This document shows positions 14,914 through 21,926 of a stretch of DNA of 21,926 nucleotides, in pieces. The stretch lies in NCBI GenBank assembly GCA_051439505.1, contig JBFRWI010000184.1:1-21926 (forward strand), written 5' to 3'. Position numbers and translations under genes: made by a program. The first letter of the stretch is position 1. Every line of letters starts with the position of its first letter. The notes below the pieces were generated by a model, which had not been told where the DNA came from, searched no databases, and was given only the letters and a program-made list of their open reading frames with translations. This stretch comes from Hormoscilla sp. Lineage in GTDB: Bacteria > Cyanobacteriota > Cyanobacteriia > Cyanobacteriales > Desertifilaceae.

Positions 14914-16248
14914 ATTAAACTAAAATGGCAAACGATCGCGGCATTTGCAGTGCCAGCAGTACCAATTTCCGCCCTCGGTCTGCCCTTAGTAGTGTACCTA
15001 CCACCGTTCTATGCCGAGGAGATGGGACTGGGTTTGGCTATGGTAGGGACAATTTTCATGATTACCAAGTTCTGGGACGTTTTCACTGACCCGGTTCTGG
15101 GTATTCTCAGCGATAAGATTAAAACGCGCTTGGGACGCCGTCGCCATTGGATAATTCTGTCAGTCCCCATCCTCATGCTTTCGGTCTATAGGGTATTTAT
15201 GCCCCAAAGTTCGGTCACGGGTACCTATCTGTTGGTGTGGATGGTGCTACTTTATGTAGGTTTCACCCTGTTGAGCATTTCTCACATGTCCTGGGGGGCA
15301 GAACTTTCCCCCGACTATGACGATCGATCGCGAGTGCAGGGTTGGCGGGAGTTCGCCATGCTGTTCGGGATGTTAGCTGTTTTGGCTTTGCCAGCGGTGA
15401 TCGAGCATTTATTGGGGGCAAAAATACAAATGAAAATCGCCTCTATGGGTTGGTTCGTGATTATTCTGCTACCCATTACTGTAGCGATCGCGGTTTGGAT
15501 GGTGCCAGAACGTCAGGTACCGGATCTGCCCAGGATTAGTTGGCAGCAAGCAACCCAGATCCTATTAAAGAACAAGCCTCTACAACGGTTACTGTTAGCA
15601 GATCTGCTGATCGGCCTCGCCCCTGGTATTATTGGATCTCTCTACATCTTCTTCGTCAGCTACGTAATGGAACTTCCCGAAGTAGCGAGTCTGATGCTAT
15701 TAGTATATTTTGTCGCTGGTTTCCTGAGTATTCCCGGCTGGATCTGGATTAGCTGCCGACTGGAGAAGCACCACACCTTCACCATTGCCATGATTTATGG
15801 GACTATAACCCTGCCCATACTACTATTAATCGAACCTGGTTCCATAATGTTCTCTATGCTTGTTTTAGGGCTTTACGGTTTAGCTTCCGGGGCCGGGTCA
15901 TTCCTGCTACGATCGATGATGGCGGACGTTACGGATATCGATAACCTCGAATCAGGAACGCAACGTACAGGTCTATACTTTTCCTTGTTGACCCTGACCA
16001 ATAAGATCGGTTATGCTGCCGCAGTAGGCATCACCTATCCCATGTTAGACTGGATCGGCTTTGTCCCCAATCAGACTAACACGCCCGAGGCCATTGAAGG
16101 GCTCAAATATATGTTCGTCTTCCTGCCGATCCCACTGACGCTGTTAGCAGCGCTGCTGATGTGGAACTTTCCCCTTGATAGCAAGCGACAGCAGGAATTG
16201 CGTCGCTTGATTGATGAACGAGACTCTGCCAAAGCTGCTGTCAAATAG
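14899..16248 (+). CDS. MFS transporter, glycoside-pentoside-hexuronide (MelB/MFS_2) type
   Basis: 449 aa, about 12 hydrophobic segments; WDVFTDPVLGILSDKIKTRLGRRRHW, ELSPDYDDRSR and MMADVTD motifs. Confidence 0.9.
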   Translation: MNNQEIKLKWQTIAAFAVPAVPISALGLPLVVYLPPFYAEEMGLGLAMVGTIFMITKFWDVFTDPVLGILSDKIKTRLGRRRHWIILSVPILMLSVYRVFMPQSSVTGTYLLVWMVLLYVGFTLLSISHMSWGAELSPDYDDRSRVQGWREFAMLFGMLAVLALPAVIEHLLGAKIQMKIASMGWFVIILLPITVAIAVWMVPERQVPDLPRISWQQATQILLKNKPLQRLLLADLLIGLAPGIIGSLYIFFVSYVMELPEVASLMLLVYFVAGFLSIPGWIWISCRLEKHHTFTIAMIYGTITLPILLLIEPGSIMFSMLVLGLYGLASGAGSFLLRSMMADVTDIDNLESGTQRTGLYFSLLTLTNKIGYAAAVGITYPMLDWIGFVPNQTNTPEAIEGLKYMFVFLPIPLTLLAALLMWNFPLDSKRQQELRRLIDERDSAKAAVK

Positions 16249-16253
16249 TTAGT

Positions 16254-16293
16254 GATGGTTCGTGGTTCCTAGCCGATCGTACCATGAACCATC
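16254..16293. terminator. Putative hairpin between convergent MFS and glycosyltransferase genes
   Basis: GATGGTTCGTGGT (16254-16266) pairs with ACCATGAACCATC (16281-16293) with one G-U; no clear U-tract. Confidence 0.4.
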
Positions 16294-16330
16294 CATGTCA
16301 GTTGTCTGTTGTCAATGAAATAATTTTGAA

Positions 16331-17611
16331 TTACTCTGTTGTCGCCAAGACTGGCTTCCCCGTAGATGCCACCTGTTCGATGATATCAGCAGCTCGGCGA
16401 ACCCCGCCCGATCGCCCGATCGCCTCTTGTAGCCTCAAGGCATTCTGTTTGTACGATTCTTCGTTGAGCACCTTCATAATAGCCTCTCGCAGCCTGTTCG
16501 CGTTCAATTTCCCCAAGGGGACAACCTCCCCGGTCCCCGTCCAAGCTATACGCGCTGCTACTCCTGGCTGGTCGTTGGTAACCGGAATGGCCACCATCGG
16601 CACTCCATTACTCAAACATTCCAAAGCGGTATTCAGCCCCGCGTGGGTGATAGTCAGGGTAGTTTTTGGCAGCAGTTCCAGTTGGGGCGCATAGCCGACC
16701 ACCAAGGGCGAACCGGGCAATTCTCTTAGTGATTCCGGTTTAGCGGCACCTCCCAGAGAGATTACCAATTGAGCACTACTATCCTGACAAGCTTCTGCGA
16801 TTTTCTCAAATACCCACATCAGGCGATTTTGCACGCTTCCCATCGAGGCATAAATCAAAGGTTTACCAGTCAATTTTTCATAGGGGAAATCTACTGGTTC
16901 CCGACTGGCTGGGTTATGGTACGGTCCTGTGAAATGGAAATATTGAGGTAAATTGCTGCGGGGGAATTCAAATTCAGCAGGCTGTTGAGATATCTGAGCC
17001 AGTTGAGAGTAAGCATCATTGGGACTAGAATGTCGGGGTAAGTTCCACTCCCGACGTACCGATGCGATCGCCTCTAGAACTGGTTTTGCTAGAAGCTTGA
17101 ATAACTCATTACCCATACAGTTGCGCAAACGCGCCCACCCAGCCGGGCTATACTGCCAAAGGGTGTAACAAGGAGGAACCGTGGGATCTAGATTCAGCAC
17201 CGCTGCACTGCACACAGTAACGAAGGGAATGTCCTTGTATTCGGCCACAGTCCCTCCATCTCTTGAAACTTGGTCTACTAGGAGTGCTTCTACACCTGCT
17301 TGTTCGATCGCTTCTGGGGCTTCCCGGAGGCACATCATAGTCTCCCGCTGTACTAAACCGATGGTATAGACTAATGCAGACAGTCCCCTCAGTTTCCCCA
17401 GTTGGGCGGCGGATTGAGCCACTGCACCTCTGGGATACTCTTCGGTTCCAATTGCCCAGAATTCCAATCCTGCGGCCACTGTCTTTGGTTCCATATCTAG
17501 TACCCCAAATACGGTGACCCTATGACCCCGCTGTTGCAGTTCGTATCCTAATGGGGTCATGGTGTTCATGTGACCAGTTGAGCCAGGACATATAATACCA
17601 AAATGAGTCAT
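16331..17611 (-). CDS. GT1/MGT-family UDP-glycosyltransferase (CrtX-like)
   Basis: 426 aa; GHMNTM...ELQQRGHRVT N-terminus; YASMGS; APQLELL...ITHAGLNTALECLSNGVPMVAIPVTNDQPG sugar-donor motif. Confidence 0.9.
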   Translation of the reverse strand: MTHFGIICPGSTGHMNTMTPLGYELQQRGHRVTVFGVLDMEPKTVAAGLEFWAIGTEEYPRGAVAQSAAQLGKLRGLSALVYTIGLVQRETMMCLREAPEAIEQAGVEALLVDQVSRDGGTVAEYKDIPFVTVCSAAVLNLDPTVPPCYTLWQYSPAGWARLRNCMGNELFKLLAKPVLEAIASVRREWNLPRHSSPNDAYSQLAQISQQPAEFEFPRSNLPQYFHFTGPYHNPASREPVDFPYEKLTGKPLIYASMGSVQNRLMWVFEKIAEACQDSSAQLVISLGGAAKPESLRELPGSPLVVGYAPQLELLPKTTLTITHAGLNTALECLSNGVPMVAIPVTNDQPGVAARIAWTGTGEVVPLGKLNANRLREAIMKVLNEESYKQNALRLQEAIGRSGGVRRAADIIEQVASTGKPVLATTE

Positions 17612-17633
17612 GTGCTTATCTGTGTCAATTCAA

Positions 17634-18671
17634 CTAGGGTGTCGGATTGGGATACTGTTTGTGAACGGCATCCAGTTCTGCTAGCATATCTGGATCTAGC
17701 TTAACATCTATACTGCTGATATTTTCCTGAAGCTGTGCCATTGTCGTGGCACCGATGATGGTGCTGGTCACGAACCAACGCGATCGCACGAAGGCCAATG
17801 CCAACTGAGCCGGACTTATCCCATGTTCCTGGGCAATCTTCACATAAGATTTCACCGCCTCAGTCAAATTCTGTTTCTCGTAACGCTGACCAAATCCTTT
17901 AAATAAAGCCAACCGGGAATTTTCCGGTATTCCATTGAGATATTTACCAGTCAACAGGCCAAATGCTAAGGGACTATATACCAGCAAACCCACATTATTG
18001 AACCGACAAGCTTCTGCTAAGTGAGTCTGAAACACGCGGTTAGTCAAGCTGAACGCATTTTGAATTGATACTACCTTGGGTAATCCCAGCTTTTCAGCCA
18101 AATGACAAAATTCACATACTCCCCAAGGGGTTTCGTTACTCAGTCCTAGATAACGGATTTTACCAGCTTTGATCTGGTCGGCAAATACTTCCAACTGTTC
18201 GGCAATGGGGACTGTATCCCTTTCCTGGGATGGGTCGTAGTCCGGGGCCCCAAATAGAGGCACGTAGCGATCGGGCCAGTGAATTTGGTAAAGGTCGATG
18301 TAGTCTGTGCGCAGGCGCTTGAGACTATCGGACAATGCTTGTTCTACATTCGCGCGATCGACCCGGCGTTTATCCCCGCGAATCCACGTAAACGCTCGAC
18401 CGGCCCCTGCCACCTTCGTGGCAATAATCAGTTTGTCTCGCTGCTGCTTGACCAACCACTCACCGATATATTCCTCAGTTTTCCCCTGAGTTTCCGGTCT
18501 TCCAGGCACCGGATACATTTCTGCCGCATCGATGAAGTTGATTCCTTGGGCCACGGCATAGTCCAGTTGATCTCTGGCCTCCTCGATGCTATTCTGCTGA
18601 CCATAGGTCATGGTGCCCAGACATATTTCCGATACTGATAGGTCGCTATCGCCCAGTTTTTTGTATTCCAT
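17634..18671 (-). CDS. NADP(H)-dependent aldo-keto reductase (Tas-like)
   Basis: ICLGTMTYG, FIDAAEMYPVP, IATKV, DYIDLYQIHWPDR and GLSNETPWG motifs; ATG at 18671 (MEYKKLG) preferred over the TTG at 18689. Confidence 0.9.
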   Translation of the reverse strand: MEYKKLGDSDLSVSEICLGTMTYGQQNSIEEARDQLDYAVAQGINFIDAAEMYPVPGRPETQGKTEEYIGEWLVKQQRDKLIIATKVAGAGRAFTWIRGDKRRVDRANVEQALSDSLKRLRTDYIDLYQIHWPDRYVPLFGAPDYDPSQERDTVPIAEQLEVFADQIKAGKIRYLGLSNETPWGVCEFCHLAEKLGLPKVVSIQNAFSLTNRVFQTHLAEACRFNNVGLLVYSPLAFGLLTGKYLNGIPENSRLALFKGFGQRYEKQNLTEAVKSYVKIAQEHGISPAQLALAFVRSRWFVTSTIIGATTMAQLQENISSIDVKLDPDMLAELDAVHKQYPNPTP

Positions 18672-18830
18672 CACTCTGTTTAACGTCAACTCTTCTCTAG
18701 TTTATCTGCTTTCCTATTTTACCTCAACTATCAGAGATCGCATTGTTTTATCCTAGCAGGTATAATTCTCATGAGGCACTCAAGGACTCTATGAGGGTCT
18801 CATTTTCCCAAAGCGCTACTCCGAAGATGT

Positions 18831-19385
18831 CTATGCCATTACTGCTTGACGCATTTTGATTTCCGTTCCAGTATACTGGGGAACCCAACCTTCTGTGCCA
18901 GTGAAGTAGCGTAGTGCCTTGATCCGTCGCTGGGGGGTAAGATAAAACCAATGTTCCGTCCCCGCTGGGACGTTAATGTATTCTTCTGGCTGCACTGTTA
19001 ACTCCATCTGGCTGCCATCCGGTAGCACGAAACCAAACACTCCTTCCCCATCTATTATATAGCGCACTTCATCATCTGCATGGGTGTGCATGCGATCGAA
19101 CTTAGAAAGGATCCCATCCAGATTAGGAACATCAGGGTGCAGTACAATTAAATCCCGGGACTTATAACCGTCCTTTTGCTGGAGTTGCTGAAAGTAACCA
19201 TCCAACCCAGTCAGCACTTCGGTTTTTTCCTCTTTACTGAGACTTGCTTGTGCCAATAAACTCTGCAAGCGGGGGCTATCTCCCACGGGCCACCGGTGCA
19301 ACTGAATCTTCAGGGGGGCGAGATGACTGGCAATTTCGGACTCTTCGCTATAGGTGGTCTCGTTTTCTAGGCGCAGAACTGCCAT
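18831..19385 (-). CDS. mtnD: Acireductone dioxygenase (ARD, cupin; methionine salvage)
   Basis: 184 aa; metal-binding motifs HTHADDEVRYIIDGEGVF and VPAGTEHWF; C-terminal RYF...GWVP. Confidence 0.85.
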   Translation of the reverse strand: MAVLRLENETTYSEESEIASHLAPLKIQLHRWPVGDSPRLQSLLAQASLSKEEKTEVLTGLDGYFQQLQQKDGYKSRDLIVLHPDVPNLDGILSKFDRMHTHADDEVRYIIDGEGVFGFVLPDGSQMELTVQPEEYINVPAGTEHWFYLTPQRRIKALRYFTGTEGWVPQYTGTEIKMRQAVMA

Positions 19386-19521
19386 TGCTTGACTCCATTA
19401 AATATCATGTTAATATTACAGTATATTCTGGTTCCTGTCACTGGATGTGCTTGTACTCGGTGGCTGTTGGTTGGTTCATATTATGCTCTTGTTGGTTTCA
19501 TCTGTGATATTACGATATCAG

Positions 19522-19625
19522 ATCCAGTGAAATGTCAACTGTCTGTTTCTGTTGACAAGTCCGTTCTTAACTCCTATCTGTCAAGTGAATCATGAAAATT
19601 AAGGAGAAAGCATGACTTACAGAAT
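19522..19625 (+). repeat. Diverged duplicate of the ureC promoter, RBS and first codons
   Basis: AAGGAGAAAGCATGACTTACAGAAT identical at 19601-19625 and 20069-20093; ATCC.GTGAAATGTCAACT...TTGACAAGT at 19522-19560 and 19985-20023. Confidence 0.85.
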
Positions 19626-19651
19626 ATAAACAACAATCACTGTTTATATTT

Positions 19652-19950
19652 CTACAGCTTGCGAGCAGCTTCGGCTACTTCTGCTTGAAACTCCTCCAAT
19701 GTCATGCTATCGTCAAAGGGTGAAATGTCATACTCGCTCATTAAGTCTAACACCTGTAAGCGGGAAAGCGAGAGCAGTCTTGCTGCCAGTCCAGAAGTTC
19801 GGGTAGAGACTAAACTGCGACAAAGAGACTGCACCGCGAGATTATCAATGCTTCCTTACCTTTGCGATATGCCTCTAACCAATGGGCTTCTGGTATGCCA
19901 CTCACCGGAATGCAAAATTCAACTTGCATCGGTGATTCTCTAATTTCCAT
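19652..19950 (-). pseudogene. Disrupted UPF0175-family (antitoxin-like) gene
   Basis: GGAGG RBS and ATG at 19950 give MEIRESPMQVEFCIPVSGIPEAHWLEAYRKGKEALIISRCSLFVAV* (stop at 19810); the HTH-like C-terminal half SGLAARLLSLSRLQVLDLMSEYDISPF is in another frame (19652..19834). Confidence 0.65.
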
Positions 19951-19972
19951 AGTTTTTTCCCTCCTATCTGAT

Positions 19973-20043
19973 ATAGTATATTATATCCTGTGAAATGTCA
20001 ACTATATATGTCCCTTGACAAGTACGATATAATATTCTATCCT
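19973..20043. promoter_or_regulatory. Putative back-to-back sigma70-type promoters (ureC / UPF0175)
   Basis: Plus strand TTGACA (20015-20020), 17 nt, TATCCT (20038-20043); minus strand TTGACA (20001-19996), 17 nt, TACTAT (19978-19973). Confidence 0.55.
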
Positions 20044-20079
20044 ATATGTTAAGGGACTCAGCCCATACAAGGAGAAAGC

Positions 20080-21789
20080 ATGACTTACAGAATGGATCGC
20101 CGCGCCTACGCCCAAACCTATGGCCCCACGGTGGGCGATCGCCTGCGTCTGGCGGACACGGAACTGTTCATTGAAGTGGAACGGGATTATACTACCTATG
20201 GTGATGAAGTGAAGTTTGGCGGCGGCAAGGTCATCCGCGATGGTATGGGACAATCTCCTATTGCTAATGCTGATGGTGCGGTTGACATGGTCATCACTAA
20301 TGCTTTAATCTTAGATTGGTGGGGCATCGTTAAAGCAGATGTGGGCATCAAAAATGGTAAGATTGTGAAGATTGGGAAAGCAGGCAATCCCTATATTCAA
20401 GACAGGGTCGATATTATCATTGGTCCGGGTACGGAAGCAGTGGCGGGAGAAGGGATGATTCTGACCGCAGGAGGTATAGATGCCCACATTCATTTTATCT
20501 GCCCCCAACAAATTGAAACCGCGATCGCCTCTGGGATCACGACGATGTTGGGGGGTGGAACTGGCCCCGCGACGGGCACCAATGCTACTACTTGTACTCC
20601 TGGACCTTGGCACATTCACCGCATGTTGCAAGCAGCAGATGCTTTTCCCGTTAATCTCGGTTTCTTAGGTAAGGGTAACAGCAGTCAACCCCAAGGTTTG
20701 GTAGAACAGGTGATGGCCGGGGCCATGGGATTGAAGTTACATGAAGATTGGGGTACTACTCCCCAGGCGATCGATACTTGCCTCTCTGTTGCTGATGCCT
20801 ATGACTTGCAAGTTGCCATACATACTGATACTCTTAATGAGGCGGGATTTGTCGAAACTACTATCGATGCTTTCAAAAATCGCACTATCCATACCTATCA
20901 CACGGAAGGCGCTGGGGGCGGACATGCCCCCGATATTATTAAGGTTTGCGGTCAAGCAAATGTGTTACCATCTTCGACAAATCCTACCCGTCCTTATACT
21001 CTCAATACCCTGGAAGAACACCTGGATATGCTGATGGTTTGCCATCATTTAGACCCGAGTATCCCCGAAGATGTCGCCTTCGCTGAGTCCCGCATTCGCC
21101 GGGAAACGATCGCTGCTGAAGATATCTTACATGACTTGGGGGCTTTTAGCATGATTGCTTCTGACTCCCAAGCTATGGGACGAGTCGGAGAAGTGATTCT
21201 CAGAACTTGGCAAACGGCCCATAAAATGAAGGTCCAGCGTTCTCATCTCCCCCAAGACCCCGATCGCCATGACAATTTCCGCGCTAAGCGCTATATTGCT
21301 AAGTATACCATTAACCCCGCGATCGCCCACGGCATTGCCCATTATGTCGGTTCCGTAGAGGTTGGCAAATTGGCAGATTTGTGCTTGTGGAAACCCGCAT
21401 TCTTTGGCGTCAAACCGGAAATGGTTATCAAGGGTGGCGTGATCGCCTATTCCCAAATGGGTGACAGCAATGCTAGCATTCCTACACCCCAACCAGTACA
21501 TATGCGCCCGATGTTTGCCAGCTTTGGGGGGGCAATTTCTGCAACATCCGTGACATTTGTCTCCCAAGCAGCGATCGCACAAGAAATTCCAGCCCAACTG
21601 GGGTTGCAAAAAAACGCTGTTGCCGTCCGCAATACCCGGAAATTAACTAAAAAAGACATGAAACTGAACGAGGCTTTGCCGAACATAGAAGTAAACCCAG
21701 AAACCTACGAAGTTAGGGCAGATGGCGAATTACTCACCTGCGAACCCGCAACTGTTCTGCCAATGGCACAACGTTATTTTCTCTTTTGA
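20080..21789 (+). CDS. ureC: Urease subunit alpha
   Basis: 569 aa; [60 protein letters not shown] and C-terminal AQRYFLF; AAGGAG RBS. Confidence 0.98.
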   Translation: MTYRMDRRAYAQTYGPTVGDRLRLADTELFIEVERDYTTYGDEVKFGGGKVIRDGMGQSPIANADGAVDMVITNALILDWWGIVKADVGIKNGKIVKIGKAGNPYIQDRVDIIIGPGTEAVAGEGMILTAGGIDAHIHFICPQQIETAIASGITTMLGGGTGPATGTNATTCTPGPWHIHRMLQAADAFPVNLGFLGKGNSSQPQGLVEQVMAGAMGLKLHEDWGTTPQAIDTCLSVADAYDLQVAIHTDTLNEAGFVETTIDAFKNRTIHTYHTEGAGGGHAPDIIKVCGQANVLPSSTNPTRPYTLNTLEEHLDMLMVCHHLDPSIPEDVAFAESRIRRETIAAEDILHDLGAFSMIASDSQAMGRVGEVILRTWQTAHKMKVQRSHLPQDPDRHDNFRAKRYIAKYTINPAIAHGIAHYVGSVEVGKLADLCLWKPAFFGVKPEMVIKGGVIAYSQMGDSNASIPTPQPVHMRPMFASFGGAISATSVTFVSQAAIAQEIPAQLGLQKNAVAVRNTRKLTKKDMKLNEALPNIEVNPETYEVRADGELLTCEPATVLPMAQRYFLF

Positions 21790-21796
21790 CTGGGAG

Positions 21797-21926
21797 GGAA
21801 AGACTAAAGTCTTTACTACGAACCCGGAAAGACTAAAGTCTTTACTACGAACCCGGAAAGACTAAAGTCTTTACTACGAACCCGGAAAGACTAAAGTCTT
21901 TACTACGAACCCGTAAAGACTAAAGT
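21797..21926. repeat. 29-bp tandem REP-like repeat (GGAAAGACTAAAGTCTTTACTACGAACCC x4 plus partial, runs off window)
   Basis: Exact units start at 21797, 21826, 21855 and 21884; partial unit from 21913; reverse-complement relative of 4750-4819. Confidence 0.92.

Larger units (their letters stand above)
1..21926. repeat. HIP1 octamer (GCGATCGC) dispersed throughout
   Basis: More than 20 perfect copies seen by eye (e.g. 2318, 4335, 7235, 9801, 11452, 13739, 20521, 21571), far above the chance expectation of less than one; a cyanobacterial hallmark. Confidence 0.9.

Noticed and set aside
19390..20079. NtcA box upstream of ureC
   Set aside because: No convincing GTA-N8-TAC found by eye
20080..21789. 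ureC without adjacent ureA/ureB as a novelty
   Set aside because: Urease genes are commonly dispersed in cyanobacterial genomes
21797..21926. 29-bp repeats as a CRISPR array
   Set aside because: Units are head-to-tail with no spacers; the same applies to 4750-4819

Overview
Cyanobacterial chromosomal segment: the HIP1 octamer GCGATCGC is abundant, with heptameric tandem repeats and REP/MITE-like palindromes in most intergenic gaps. Left to right: (1) a Ter-type stress-response cluster on the minus strand (TerB, three 188-aa TerD/TerA-like paralogs, a HAD phosphatase, a StiP/PELOTA-type PRTase-like protein and a PRTase-TRSP-like protein), interrupted by an antisense SAM methyltransferase; (2) a divergent TPR protein, a TPR gene fragment and a coupled pair of small hypothetical genes; (3) a P-loop NTPase translationally coupled to a protein with a probable degenerate-NTPase N-terminus and a TPR array, followed by a DUF6334-like gene, a second paralogous TPR gene and scars of a third unit. 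This tandem NTPase/variable-TPR locus is the best candidate for an uncharacterised sensing or conflict system; (4) housekeeping-type genes: GPH-family MFS transporter, GT1 glycosyltransferase, Tas-like aldo-keto reductase, acireductone dioxygenase, a UPF0175 pseudogene lying between two copies of the ureC promoter/leader, and ureC. The non-coding DNA includes a three-layer nested insertion with a 10-bp target-site duplication and a cruciform repeat family with invariant arms and highly diverged loops. All family assignments come from motif recognition by eye; no database searches were run.
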